Source: Macrostomum hystrix (taxonomy: Eukaryota; Animalia; Platyhelminthes). From it: a DNA stretch of 64,000 nucleotides. Position numbers and translations under genes: made by a program. This document shows positions 36,246-50,600 of the stretch, in pieces. Under the pieces are notes generated by a model, which saw nothing but the letters and a program-made list of their open reading frames with translations, did no database searches and was not told the DNA's origin. The stretch lies in assembly GCA_950097015.1 (NCBI GenBank), contig CATNEN010000038.1:14012001-14076000 (forward strand). Direction: 5' to 3'. Each line of letters opens with the position of its first letter. Position 1 is the stretch's first letter.

Positions 36246-39200
36246 ATGTCTTCTACTCATCGTCATAGATCTGCTAGGTCTAGTCACAGAGATAGGCACA
36301 GTCGCAGCTGCAGCCATAGTCCAAGGCGTCATCATCATTCTAAAGACTCAAGGGAGAATCGCCGACAGCATTCATCTGGCAAAGCGTCACATAGCAACCG
36401 GCACAGCGGCAGGCATTCGCGAAATAATAGCAATAAGTTATCCAGTCAGGACAAGAGAAAAACAGAAACTGATGGTAAAGATTCTAACACAATTTCTGGT
36501 ATAGATTGCGGAGAAGAAATTCGACGAGTTCTTCTGGTGCAGAAGCAGAAGCAGCCATCAGATGCAACTGACAATGAAGCAAGGCAGCAGCAGCAGCCGC
36601 AGCCTGCTGATCAGCCACCTTCTCAAGAACAAGAAGAGGTTAGTCTGCAAGATCCTGTCATGTAGCGTTTGCGGGGTATTTCAAATACCCACTGCCTATT
36701 TCACAATAGCTCCCAAACCGAATGACCGAATTTCGTGAAAGTCCACCATCTGAATCAAAATTTTCCACCCTATACGATGAACTAACTTTCAAAGCGTCTG
36801 AGCAAGCATCCTCGAGATGTTCAGCGATTCTTATCGAAGACCCTGGTGACAACGACAAATTACATTGCTCTGTATAATATCGATACTATATAGACAACAA
36901 AGATCTCGCATCTCGACGATGCCGATGTTTTATGATTCTGGAAGTTATTATGGATTATGGGTATTTGAAAGATGTGGGTATTTTAAAAACCCACGTGGTC
37001 GTTCTACTATTAAAGCTTCGGAATTATGACCTAGAGGTTCGGAGTTCGAATCTTAGCCTAAGAGAATCGATTTAGGTCTCAGCACAAAATAATCAATTCC
37101 CTTGTGCTTCAGCCTACCCAGCTGTAAAATAAGCAATATCATTAAAATTTAGCAGCAGCAGCAGCGGGTCCAACAAATTACCATGACAACTGCAGCATCG
37201 ACAGCGGCTGTCGAGAGCTGCGGAAAAGTTTCCTTCGCCAGCCAAATTCGAGTCTCCGAAGCAACTAGGCGACTGATTACGGATGGCATGACTCAATGTG
37301 AACCATCTGCTACTATCCAGCAGGGCACTGTACCTACCAATGGTCTGCCATCCTCAACGTCCTCATTTGGTACATTTGGTAGGCCGAAAGCGCATTCGAG
37401 AAAGGTACCCGAAGATTGTTCCAGCGAGAGCCGAAAGTTGCCGTCTTCTGAGATAAGAAAAACTTCACCGCCTGGGAGGTCTGGAAGTAGGAAGCGAAGC
37501 CGCAGTAGGTCTCGGTGAGAATGCTCGAGTGTCTTAGAAACTTTCTCCTGAAACTTGATTTTAAAAGAGTCAGTGGCAAAACATGAGTTTCTTGAAATAA
37601 TATATATGTATATATTTTTAGGAACAGTGTTATTGGTTTTCAACTTCTATTTCAAACTAAGTAACTTCAATTTCGCCCGGCGGCTCTCCGGCTGGCGTTA
37701 GTAACTTATTCGTCCGCGGGGAGGGGGGTGCTCGTGTGTACCCGATTAGTAACTTCAATTTCGTCCGCGAGACCGGCCTGCCCAAGTTAGGGTAAATCAA
37801 TTTCACAAAAAGTAACATCTATTTCGTCTCTTCAGCACAGCGATTTGTGTTTGCATCCGCTCTGTGAAATGCCTTTGATCTTCGCCGACGCCGCCACCGA
37901 CTCCGCCACAGTAAAATTACAATACATTTCTTTCGAGTGTCGAGCCATTTGTGGCCCTGTGAATTTATAACCCTATAGCACAGAACCCTATACAATAAAT
38001 TCAGCTAATTGGATAGCGCCGACACTTTCACATCCAGCCGCTCTTGAAGCTCCAATCTTATTATAATATATTTAATAATATTAATATATATATTGGGAAC
38101 GAGATCTCTCCATCATGTCACACAACTTTGTTTAAGTCACAGAAATGCCTCGCGGAAATTACGGAAAGGTGTCTCAAACAGACCGCCAGCGACTGATCTC
38201 TGCATTTTAAAGAAAATGCTGACTGGCTGCAGCTTGCTGTCCAGTTGGGGTTCAACAAGCAAACGGCTTGATCCATCATTACGCGTTCTGACTTTCTTCT
38301 GACAATGGAGTCCTCCATTGTCTTGCCTGACACGTCAAAAATAGATATTAATATTGAAAGTCTGTTTGAAGCCGGATGAAAAAAATGCAAGACGAAATAG
38401 AAGTTACTTTTTGTGAAATTGATGTATACCCTAACTTTGGCAGGCCGGTCTCGCGGACGAAATTGAAGTTACTAATCGGGTACACACGAGCACCCCCTCC
38501 CCGCGGACGAAATTGAAGTTACTAATCGGGTACACACGAGCACCCCCTCCCCGCGGACGAAATTGAAGTTACTAATCGGGTACACACGAGCACCCCCTCC
38601 CCGCGGACGAAATTGAAGTTACTAATCGGGTACACACGAGCACCCCCTCCCCGCGGGCGAAATTGAAGTTACTAATCGGGTACACACGAGCACCCCCTCC
38701 CCGCGGGCGAAATTGAAGTTACTAATCGGGTACACACGAGCACCCCCTCCCCGCGGACGAAATTGAAGTTACTAATCGGGTACACACGAGCACCCCCTCC
38801 CCGCGGACGAAATTGAAGTTACTAATCGGGTACACACGAGCACCCCCTCCCCGCGGACGAAATTGAAGTTACTAATCGGGTACACACGAGCACCCCCTCC
38901 CCGCGGACGAAATTGAAGTTACTAATCGGGTACACACGAGCACCCCCTCCCCGCGGACGAAATTGAAGTTACCAATCGGGTACACACGAGCACCCCCTCC
39001 CCGCGGACGAAATTGAAGTTACTAATCGGGTACACACGAGCACCCCCTCCCCGCGGACGAAATTGAAGTTACTAATCGGTTACACACGAGCACCCCCTCC
39101 CCGCGGGCGAAATTGAAGTTACTAATCGGGTACACACGAGCACCCCCTCCCCGGGGACGAAATTGAAGTTACTAATCGGGTACACACGAGCACCCCCTCC

Positions 39201-42200
39201 CCGGGGACGAAATTGAAGTTACTAATCGGGTACACACGAGCACCCCCTCCCCGCGGACGAAATTGAAGTTACTAATCGGGTACACACGAGCACCCCCTCC
39301 CCGCGGACGAAATTGAAGTTACTAATCGGGTACACACGAGCACCCCCTCCCCGCGGGCAAAATTAAAGTTACTTAGTTTGAAATAGAAGTTAAAAACCAA
39401 TAATAAATGCAAGAGGGATACAGGCAATGGCACATCATTTTGTGACACTAGACCCGAAGCCAGCGAGGAGGCAATACTGTCCATTTCGCTGACTCCTGAG
39501 CACAGACTCACATTGCGTACATCTGCCGTGAGTTTCTCATCGTCAGGCAGTGTACACTCTCACAGTGCCTTGGAGGTTGGCCCCCAAGGGTCCTCAATCG
39601 CACAACAAGCCCCCAGGCCTTCTCTATGCGGCTGCGTCCCAAACTAAAAGCATAAAGCATAAAACGACATTTAGGGCCGTTAAGTAAAACACGAACTTAA
39701 AAAAGTATTTTTATGCTTCAGGGCAGCTGTTCTTTAATTTAAGATATTTGTTGATATTTCCTACAAATCTCCGTCCTATTTTTCACAGCAGCTCCTCCAG
39801 CGACATTAGCGTCCGCCGGTCCGACAGTAGCCGATTAAAGATTGACAAACAGCGACTGCGCCGAAAAGCAATTGAAAACACGGTGCAACGGCTTGACGAA
39901 AGGTGCCCCCGGCGACTGGCCGAGATGCCCTGCTTCAAGGCTCTGGGAGTGCGGGTGAGATTCTGTCCGCTACCTGTATGTCATCCTGTCTGCCCCTCAT
40001 CTGTCATCCTGTCTACCCATTGTCTGTCCTTCTGTTTACCCCTCATTTTTCATCCTGTCTGCCCCTTATCTGTCATCCTGTCTGCCCCTCATCTGTCATC
40101 CTGTCTGCCCCTCATCTGTCATCCTGTCTGCCCCTCATCTGTCATCCTGTCTACCCATTGTCTGTCCTTCTGTTTACCCCTCATTTTTCATCCTGTCTGC
40201 CCCTTATCTGTCATCCTGTCTGCCCCTCATCTGTCATCCTGTCTGCCCCTCATCTGTCATCCTGTCTGCCCCTCATCTGTTATCCTGTCTACCCCTCATC
40301 TGTCATCCTGTCTACCCCTCATCTGTCATCCTGTCTGCCCCTCATCTGTCATCCTGTCTAACCCTCATCTGTCATCCTGTCTACCCGTCATTTGTCATCC
40401 TGTCCACCCCTCCTTCCTTGCAGGTTAGCGAGTTAGAAAGAATCTGTCGTAAATTGGCTAAAACCTCCAGCAACAAAGACCAGGACGAGAGGAACAAAGA
40501 ATATCGAAAAATTGACGACAGGCTCAACAATGGAGACTCGGATACTATAGGGCCGTCTGTGCGGCATCCGTTCCAGCTGCGACCGGATTCCGACTCAGCC
40601 AGTCGGTCAGGCTTCAACATGCCAAGGCCGGCATCGACTGCCACAGCCGCTAGCCGATTCGGCGAATCCAAAGTCGGCCAGAAACAACAGCTGCTAGCGG
40701 CCTTTCCTGTTAGCAGCGGTGAGAGTGGAGGATTCTGTTAAATCCTGATCCCTGACCACAATCCTGATCCTTACTGACCTCCTCAGTTTATGGTTTCCTC
40801 CCAGATCCCCACAGTTTATGGTTTCCTCCCAGATCCCCACAGTTTATGGTTTCCTCCCAGATCTCCTCAGTTTATGGTTTCCCTCCAGATCTCCTCAGTT
40901 TATGGTTTCCTCCCAGATCTCCTCAGTTTATGGTTTCCTCCCAGATCTCCTCAGTTTATGGTTTCCTCCCAGATCTCCACAGTTTATGGTTTCCTCCCAG
41001 ATCCCCTCAGTTTATGGTTTCCCTCCAGATCTCCTCAGTTTATGGTTTCCTCCCAGATCTCCACAGTTTATGGTTTCCTCCCAGATCTCCACAGTTTATG
41101 GTTTCCTCCCAGATCTCCACAGTTTATGGTTTCCCCCCAGATCTCCACAGTTTATGGTTTCCTCCCAGATCCCCACAGTTTATGGTTTCCCCCCAGATCT
41201 CCACAGTTTATGGTTTCCCCCCAGATCTCCACAGTTTATGGTTTCCCCCAGATCCCCTCAGTTTATGGTTTCCCCCCAGATCTCCACAGTTTATGGTTTC
41301 CCCCCAGATCTCCACAGTTTATGGTTTCCTCCCAGATCTCCACAGTTTATAGTTCCCCCCAGATCTCCTCAGTTTATGGTTTCCCCCCAGATCCCCTCAG
41401 TTTATGGTTTCCCTCCAGATCTCCTCAGTTTATGGTTTCCTCCCAGATCTCCTCAGTTTATGGTTTCCTCCCAGATCCCCTCAGTTTATGGTTTCCCTCC
41501 AGATCTCCTCAGTTTATGGTTTCCCCCCAGATCTCCTCAGTTTATGGTTTCCCCCCAGATCCCCTCAGTTTATGGTTTCCCTCCAGATCTCCTCAGTTTA
41601 TGGTTCCCCCCAGATCTCCTCAGTTTATGGTTTCCCTCCAGATCTCCTCAGTTTATGGTTTCCCCCCAGATCTCCTCAGTTTATGGTTTCCTCCCAGATC
41701 CCCACAGTTTATGGTTTCCCTCCAGATCCCCACAGTTTATGGTTTCCCCCCAGATCTCCTCAGTTTATGGTTTCCTCCCAGATCCCCACAGTTTATGGTT
41801 TCCCTCCAGATCTCCTCAGTTTATGGTTCCCCCCAGATCTCCTCAGTTTATGGTTTCCCCCCAGATCCCCTCAGTTTATGGTTTCCCTCCAGATCTCCTC
41901 AGTTTATGGTTTCCCCCCAGATCTCCTCAGTTTATGGTTTCCCCCAGATCTCCTCAGTTTATGGTTCCCCCCAGATCTCCTCAGTTTATGGTTCCCCCCA
42001 GATCTCCTCAGTTTATGGTTTCCCCCCAGATCCCCTCAGTTTATGGTTCCCCCCAGATCTCCTCAGTTTATGGTTCCCCCCAGATCTCCTCAGTTTATGG
42101 TTCCCCCCAGATCTCCTCAGTTTATGGTTTCCCCCCAGATCCCCTCAGTTTATGGTTCCCCCCAGATCTCCTCAGTTTATGGTTTCCCTCCAGATCTCCA

Positions 42201-45200
42201 CAGTTTATGGTTCCCCCCAGATCTCCTCAGTTTATGGTTTCCTCCCAGATCCCCTCAGTTTATGGTTTCCTCCCAGATCCCCTCAGTTTATGGTTCCCCC
42301 CAGATCTCCTCAGTTTATGGTTTCCCCCCAGATCCCCTCAGTTTATGGTTCCCCCCAGATCTCCTCAGTTTATGGTTTCCTCCCAGATCCCCTCAGTTTA
42401 TGGTTTCCTCCCAGATCTCCTCAGTTTATGGTTTCCTCCCAGATCCCCTCAGTTTATGGTTTCCTCCCAGATCCCCTCAGTTTATGGTTTCCTCCCAGAT
42501 CCCCTCAGTTTATGGTTCCTCCCAGATCTCCACAGTTTATGGTTTCCTCCCAGATCCCCTCAGTTTATGGTTTCCTCCCAGATCCCCTCAGTTTATGGTT
42601 CCCCCCAGATCTCCTCAGTTTATGGTTTCCCCCCAGATCCCCTCAGTTTATGGCTCCCCCCAGATCTCCTCAGTTTATGGTTTCCCCCCAGATCCCCTCA
42701 GTTTATGGTTTCCCTCCAGATCTCCTCAGTTTATGGTTTCCTCCCAGATCTCCTCAGTTTATGGTTTCCCTCCAGATCTCCACAGTTTATGGTTTCCCCC
42801 CAGATCTCCTCAGTTTATGGTTTCCTCCCAGATCCCCTCAGTTTATGGTTCCCCCCAGATCTCCTCAGTTTATGGTTTCCCCCCAGATCCCCTCAGTTTA
42901 TGGTTTCCCTCCAGATCTCCACAGTTTATGGTTTCCTCCCAGATCTCCTCAGTTTATGGTTTCCTCCCAGATCCCCTCAGTTTATGGTTTCCTCCCAGAT
43001 CCCCTCAGTTTATGGTTCCCCCCAGATCTCCTCAGTTTATGGTTTCCTCCCAGATCTCCACAGTTTATGGTTTCCTCCCAGATCCCCTCAGTTTATGGTT
43101 CCCCCCAGATCTCCTCAGTTTATGGTTTCCTCCCAGATCCCCTCAGTTTATGGTTTCCTCCCAGATCCCCTCAGTTTATGGTTCCCCCCAGATCTCCTCA
43201 GTTTATGGTTTCCTCCCAGATCCCCTCAGTTTATGGTTTCCTCCCAGATCCCCTCAGTTTATGGTTTCCTCCCAGATCCCCTCAGTTTATGGTTCCCCCC
43301 AGATCTCCTCAGTTTATGGTTTCCTCCCAGATCCCCTCAGTTTATGGTTTCCTCCCTGATCCCCTCAGTTTATGGTTCCCCCCAGATCTCCTCAGTTTAT
43401 GGTTTCCTCCCAGATCCCCTCAGTTTATGGTTTCCTCCCAGATCCCCTCAGTTTATGGTTCCCCCCAGATCTCCTCAGTTTATGGTTTCCTCCCAGATCC
43501 CCTCAGTTTATGGTTTCCTCCCAGATCCCCTCAGTTTATGGTTCCCCCCAGATCCCTTCAGTTTATGGTTTCCCCCCAGATCCCCTCAGTTTATGGTTTC
43601 CCCCCAGATCCCCTCAGTTTATGGTTTCCCCCCCAGATCTCCTCAGTTTATGTTTCCCCCCAGATCCCTTCAGTTTATGGTTTCCCCCCAGATCCCCTCA
43701 GTTTATGTTTTCAGTGCCGATTTAATTTACACAGGCGAATTTCACCGAACCTCCGACGAGGTGGAAGGCAAGGCCGAGTCTTCGACAGAACCTCAGACTG
43801 GGCCGCAGTCGCTGGTTGCTAGTTCTACCAGTGCCGGCAGTAATGTAGCAGCAGCAACAGCAGCAGTAGCAGCAGCGGCTGCGCCACAGTCAGTCAGCGC
43901 ACACCAGAAGGACTGCCTGCTCTCTTTGGCTGACTGGGCGGCGGCAAAGCCACAGCCTCAGATTTATCAGCAGCTTCAGCAGCAGACCAGATCAAAGAGT
44001 CCGCAGGCCTGGGTTAAAAAGGTTTCCTAAAGTTTTCTAAATCGAAGTCTCTGAAGAATTCAGCTCTTGTACACTACCTCATAACCTCTCATATTTTTCT
44101 ATTGGGTTTATCTCTCCCAGATTCCGTTAATTGGGATCATCTCTCCCAGATTCCGTTAATTGGGATCATCTCTCCCAGATTCCGTTAATTGGATCATCTC
44201 TCCCAGATTCCGTTAATTGGGGCCATCTTTCCCAGATTCCGTTAATTGGGACCATCTCTCCCAGATTCCGTTAATTGGGGCCATCTTTCCCAGATTCCGT
44301 TAATTGGGACCATCTCTCCCAGATTCCGTTAATTGGGACCATCTCTCCCAGATTCTCCCAGATTATCTCCCAGATAATCTCTCCTAGATTCCCTAATTGG
44401 GATAATCTCTCCTAGATTCCCTAATTGGGATAATCTCTCCTAGATTCCCTAATTGGGATAATCTCTCCTAGATTCCCTAATTGGAATAATCTCTCCTAGA
44501 TACCCCTGTCTGGATCGGGATAAGCCTAAGTTAGATTCCCAGATTTAGATCATTTCGCCTAGATTCCCTGATTTAGATCATTTCGCCTAGATTCCCTGAT
44601 TTAGATCATTTCGCCTAGATTCCCTGATTTAGATCATTTCGCCTAGATTCCCTGATTTAGATCATTTCGCCCAGATTCCGTGATTAGGATAAATCGATTT
44701 GAGTAATTTGATCATACTCAGGCGGGATTCCCTGTTGGGATAATTTCTCAAATTCCTTAATTATTGAATTCGTCTCAATTATCCTAACTCTGGTATACAA
44801 ATTATTGGATAATCGGGATTATTACTATTCAAACATTTCCCTGTTACAATCTGAGGTCGAGTTATCCCCTCTGAGAATCCCAGATGAAAGTTGCATGCAC
44901 CCCTCCTTCAATACGCCAGCACCAGCTGTTGAACGCCCAGCCAATCACTGGCGGCATCGGGCACCACCTCATGCAGAAGATGGGCTGGCGCGACGGCCAG
45001 GGTCTCGGCAAGCGGAACGAGGGACCCACTGAGCCGCTGGCCATAGACTACAAGGCCGACAGAAAAGGTGGGTGTTTCTGGGGATGGAAAACACGCAAGT
45101 GTTCTTACCTTCTTTCCAATGCTCAATACTTTCTTAAGCTCATTTCGGACGTTTTTTAATCCACTGTTATAGCTTTTCAGGTGTTTCCTAAACCTAATAG

Positions 45201-46630
45201 TTTCTCGTTTAGTTATAGATACTTATCCCAATCACTATTCTTATTTTATCCTAACCCATGATCCCATTCTTATCCCGATTTCCGATCCCATTCTTATCCC
45301 TATTTCTGATCCCGTTTTTTTTCAATTTCTGATCCCATTCTTGTCCTAAAATGTCGATCCCATTCCTATCCCAATTTCTGATCCCATTCTTATCCCAATG
45401 TCTGATCCCATCATTATCCCATTATCTGATCCCATCCTTATCCCAATTTCTGATCCCACCCTTATCCCAATATCTGATCCCATCCTTGTCCCAATTTCTG
45501 ATCCCATTTTTATCCCAATTTCTGATTCCATTTTTATTTAATTTCTGATCCCATTTTTATCCCAATTTCTGATTCCATTTTTATCCCAATTTCTGATCCC
45601 ATTTTTATCGAACCTTCTATCCTGTTCTTTACGAATTAGTTATCCCACATCCCATAGCAATTCGCCTATCAAGGAACATAGACTCGTGGATCCCAACCAA
45701 CGGTGGTGTTTCAAATCCCATTTCCAGGCCTGGCCTCCCACGAGGATCGCCCGTTCGGGATTTTTAGCGGTGGCGGCGGTGGCGGCAAGAAGAAGAAGCA
45801 TTCAGCACTGACATCCTCAACAGCCGCCGCTGTCATCGCCGCGTCAAAGGCGGCGGCAAAGGCGGCGGCCGCCGTCTCCGGCACCTCGCTGGCTCATCTG
45901 GACGGCAAGCACCCGATCTGCGCCCTGCTGGAGGCCGTCAGGAAGCGCCGCCTACCCGAGCCGGAATTCCGCCTGGTGCACCAGAGCGGCCCGGCACACT
46001 CGCCCTGCTTTGTGTTCTGCGTGAGTTCATACTTAATCCCAGTCGACTATAGTGTCCTCCATTATCTATTGTCATACTCCCTGTTAGTGAATAATTTGTA
46101 AATTAATAATTTTACAATTCCTAGACTATCTGTATTACTATATTCCTATTCAAATTCATTTTTGAGATTCGAACTCCCAACCTCTCGAAAAGATCCGAGT
46201 TTTTATCCACCGAGATAAAACTCCAGCATAAGCCCAATAAGTTGTCATTTTCTCGAATTTAGATTTTTCTATACATATCGGCTGACTCGACCTTATATTC
46301 TCTACCTTGGGGATAATACAAATTAGAAACCCGTTGAATTCTTAGAATCTTACTATCTTTATATTATCTTTCTAAGAAAAAAAGACGTATTTAGGCACTT
46401 TAGGCACTTAGTTATTCAAAAGATACAACTTTTCAATACATATCGGCTATTAAACCCTTTGATCTTTTTATATCCGCAAACTAATTAACTAATTCCTTAT
46501 CTTCGTTAAACAGGTAAAAATCGGCAGCGTCGAGTACCAGCCAACTAGGCCGTGCAAAAACAAGAAGGATGCGAAGGCCTGCGCTGCCACCATTGCTTTG
46601 CAGGAGCTGGGCATTGTGCCAAAACAGTGA
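36246..46630 (+). CDS. SON: SON-like splicing factor (RS-rich, G-patch, dsRBD), 8 exons, ~686 aa
   Basis: Exons 36246-36638, 37153-37514, 39789-39954, 40424-40718, 43735-44021, 44920-45067, 45728-46020, 46514-46630 are phase-compatible. SON-type motifs: KIDK..L, HPF.L, FPVSSG.FHR, QAWVKK, G-patch GHHLMQKMGWRDGQGLGK, dsRBD GKHPICAL..SGPAH..KNKKDAKA.AA..AL. Confidence 0.9.
36662..37007. mobile_element. Possible MITE relic in SON intron 1
   Basis: Imperfect inverted ends: GTAG..GGGTATTTCAAATACCCAC at the left and GTGGGTATTTTAAAAACCCAC..CTAC at the right. Confidence 0.35.
37633..39400 (+). mobile_element. Non-autonomous Tc1/mariner(IS630)-like DNA transposon with long TIRs and a transposase remnant
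   Basis: Left arm 37633-37828 is inverted relative to right arm 38390-39400; TA on both flanks. HTH-like remnant from 38145: MPRGNYGKVSQTDRQRLISAF*ENADWLQLAVQLGFNKQTA*SII. Confidence 0.75.
38461..39360. repeat. 60-bp tandem repeat, 15 copies, within the right TIR
   Basis: Exact 60-nt periodicity: AATTGAAGTTACTAATCGGGTACACACGAGCACCCCCTCCCCGCGGACGA... Confidence 0.98.
39979..40410. repeat. 23-bp minisatellite (TCATCCTGTCTGCCCCTCATCTG), SON intron 3
   Basis: Tandem periodicity. Confidence 0.95.
40778..43712. repeat. 27-28-bp minisatellite (CAGTTTATGGTTTCCTCCCAGATCYCCT), SON intron 4
   Basis: Roughly 105 tandem units. Confidence 0.98.
44110..44690. repeat. Composite ~29-30-bp minisatellites (CCCAGATTCCGTTAATTGGG, CCTAGATTCCCTAATTGGG, CCTAGATTCCCTGATTTAG), SON intron 5
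   Basis: Three successive related tandem blocks. Confidence 0.9.
45260..45610. repeat. 24-bp minisatellite (TCCCAATTTCTGATCCCATTCTTA), SON intron 6
   Basis: Degenerate tandem periodicity. Confidence 0.9.
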
Positions 46631-46779
46631 AAAATTTATCTTATTGGCTTAAGTTCTAATTCTTAACACTGACGGTAGCATATTCGCGTAAAATCAGACC
46701 TAGGTTTCCTTAGCAACGGTAATATAACCAGTCAATTTAATTCTAGGGTTCTCCGAAGGTTCAGAAAAATCCTGCCAAT

Positions 46780-47145
46780 TGATTTTTGGGATTTCCCTTA
46801 GCAACGGTAAAAACCTATTTTTGGGGTTCCCCTTAGAACTAGTAACACAATCAACTACGTTTTTGTCTGGGATTCCCCCTAGCAACCGAACTTTTCTTGG
46901 GATTCCCCTTATTAATGGTAACATGGTAACATAAACAGACAGTATATTCCGAGATTCCCCTTATCAACGGTAACATAATCATACAATTTATTCCGGGATT
47001 TCCCTTATCAACGATAACATAAACAGACAATTTATTCCGGGATTTCCCTTATCAACGGTAACATAAACAGACAATTTATTCCGGGATTTCCCTTATCAAC
47101 GGTAACATAAACAGACAATTTATTCCGGGATTCGCCTTCAGTAAC
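46780..47145. repeat. ~44-bp degenerate minisatellite (GGGATTTCCCTTA.CAACGGTAACAT...)
   Basis: Tandem periodicity; related to the 47-bp array at 51395-52720. Confidence 0.85.
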
Positions 47146-47632
47146 GGCGGCATTTTTCGCTGAATTTAATCCTGTGGTTTCACATGGCCAGTACATCTAG
47201 CGAGTGTAAGTATAAGATTATGTGAAAGTTGTGTCTGATCACAATTAATGAGTGAGTAATTTGATTGCATTTCTTTGTAAGTACTGAATTCCACCAAATT
47301 CAAAGCATAGTTGGGCTTTGAAGCAAACAGAAATGTTTTCGCCGTTAATTGTGACGTTATGCTCCCGTCAGTTTTTGTCACCCGCATTTTTTTTCCTGTA
47401 GTTTTACGGTAGACATTTGCGGCATTTGCTACTAATAGTGGTTTTTTCGAATTGTACATTTTCTTATTAAATATACTGCATGAGTTTATGCACCCTTCAG
47501 GGTCAGTATCAATATGAGCATAAAAGTTTGGAAAATAATTGTACCTAGTAAATTTGTTATGGTAATATTAATAACTTCTTAGAAAAATACATGTATGAGC
47601 ATTAATAGACAAGTTGACAGAATCTGAAGGAC

Positions 47633-50600
47633 AAAAATGATCACACTGATGAACAAGATGATCAGACTGATGGACAAGATGATCAGACTGATGGACAAGA
47701 TGATCAGACTGATGGACAAGATGATCAGACTGATGGACAAGATGATCAGACTGATGGACAAGATGATCAGACTGATGGACAAGATGATCAGACTGATGGA
47801 CAAGATGATCAGACTGATGGACAAGATGATCAGACTGATGGACAAGATGATCAGACTGATGGACAAGATGATCAGACTGATGGACAAGATGATCAGACTG
47901 ATGGACAAGATAATCAGACTGATGGACAAGATAATCAGACTGATGGACAAGATGATCAGACTGATAGACAAGATGATCACACTGATAAACAAGATAATCA
48001 GACTGATAGACAAGATGATCAGACTGATGGACAAGATGATCAGACTGATGGACAAGATAATCAGACTGATGGACAAGATGATCAGACTGATAGACAAGAT
48101 GATCACACTGATGAACAAGATGATCAGACTGATGGACAAGATGATCAGACTGATGGACAAGATGATCAGACTGATGGACAAGATGATCAGACTGATGGAC
48201 AAGATGATCAGACTGATGGACAAGATGATCAGACTGATGGACAAGATGATCAGACTGATGGACAAGATGATCAGACTGATGGACAAGATGATCAGACTGA
48301 TGGACAAGATGATCAGACTGATGGACAAGATAATCAGACTGATGGACAAGATAATCAGACTGATGGACAAGATGATCAGACTGATAGACAAGATGATCAC
48401 ACTGATGAACAAGATAATCAGACTGATAGACAAGATGATCAGACTGATGGACAAGATGATCAGACTGATGGACAAGATAATCAGACTGATGGACAAGATG
48501 ATCAGACTGATAGACAAGATGATCACACTGATGAACAAGATGATCAGACTGATGGACAAGATGATCAGACTGATGGACAAGATGATCAGACTGATGGACA
48601 AGATGATCAGACTGATGGACAAGATAATCAGACTGATGGACAAGATGATCAGACTGATGAACAAGATGATCAGACTGATGGACAAGATGATCAGACTGAT
48701 GGACAAGATGATCAGACTGATGGACAAGATGATCAGACTGATGGACAAGATGATCAGACTGATGGACAAGATAATCAGACTGATGGACAAGATAATCAGA
48801 CTGATGGACAAGATGATCAGACTGATAGACAAGATGATCACACTGATGAACAAGATGATCAGACTGATAGACAAGATGATCAGACTGATGGACAAGATGA
48901 TCAGACTGATGGACAAGATAATCAGACTGATGGACAAGATGATCAGACTGATAGACAAGATGATCACACTGATGAACAAGATGATCAGACTGATAGACAA
49001 GATGATCAGACTGATGGACAAGATGATCAGACTGATGGACAAGATGATCAGACTGATGGACAAGATGATCAGACTGATGGACAAGATGATCAGACTGATG
49101 GACAAGATAATCAGACTGATGGACAAGATAATCAGACTGATGGACAAGATGATCAGACTGATAGACAAGATGATCACACTGATGAACAAGATAATCAGAC
49201 TGATAGACAAGATGATCAGACTGATGGACAAGATGATCAGACTGATGGACAAGATAATCAGACTGATGGACAAGATGATCAGACTGATAGACAAGATGAT
49301 CACACTGATGAACAAGATGATCAGACTGATGGACAAGATGATCAGACTGATGGACAAGATGATCAGACTGATGGACAAGATGATCAGACTGATGGACAAG
49401 ATGATCAGACTGATGGACAAGATGATCAGACTGATGGACAAGATGATCAGACTGATGGACAAGATGATCAGACTGATGGACAAGATGATCAGACTGATGG
49501 ACAAGATGATCAGACTGATGGACAAGATAATCAGACTGATGGACAAGATAATCAGACTGATGGACAAGATGATCAGACTGATAGACAAGATGATCACACT
49601 GATGAACAAGATAATCAGACTGATAGACAAGATGATCAGACTGATGGACAAGATGATCAGACTGATGGACAAGATAATCAGACTGATGGACAAGATGATC
49701 AGACTGATAGACAAGATGATCACACTGATGAACAAGATGATCAGACTGATGGACAAGATGATCAGACTGATGGACAAGATGATCAGACTGATGGACAAGA
49801 TGATCAGACTGATGGACAAGATAATCAGACTGATGGACAAGATGATCAGACTGATGAACAAGATGATCAGACTGATGGACAAGATGATCAGACTGATGGA
49901 CAAGATGATCAGACTGATGGACAAGATGATCAGACTGATGGACAAGATGATCAGACTGATGGACAAGATAATCAGACTGATGGACAAGATAATCAGACTG
50001 ATGGACAAGATGATCAGACTGATAGACAAGATGATCACACTGATGAACAAGATGATCAGACTGATAGACAAGATGATCAGACTGATGGACAAGATGATCA
50101 GACTGATGGACAAGATAATCAGACTGATGGACAAGATGATCAGACTGATAGACAAGATGATCACACTGATGAACAAGATGATCAGACTGATAGACAAGAT
50201 GATCAGACTGATGGACAAGATGATCAGACTGATGGACAAGATGATCAGACTGATGGACAAGATGATCAGACTGATGGACAAGATAATCAGACTGATAGAC
50301 AAGATGATCACACTGATGAACAAGATGATCAGACTGATAGACAAGATGATCAGACTGATGGACAAGATGATCAGACTGATGAACAAGATGATCAGACTGA
50401 TAGACAAGATGATCACACTGATGGACAAGATGATCAGACTGATGGACAAGATGATCAGACTGATGGACAAGATAGTCAGACTGATGGACAAGATAATCAG
50501 ACTGATGGACAAGATGATCAGACTGATAGACAAGATGATCACACTGATGAACAAGATGATCAGACTGATAGACAAGATGATCAGACTGATGGACAAGATG

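Noticed and set aside
37030-37060. B-box-like GGAGTTCGAATC (a similar inverted one near 46165)
   Set aside because: No cloverleaf; at most decayed SINE heads, not tRNA genes.
38461-39360. CRISPR-like regular array
   Set aside because: No unique spacers, no cas genes, eukaryotic context; it is a TIR-derived tandem repeat.
40790-43822. 1010-aa, 1070-aa and 651-aa ORFs
   Set aside because: Stop-free minisatellite inside SON intron 4; only 43735-44021 is a real exon.
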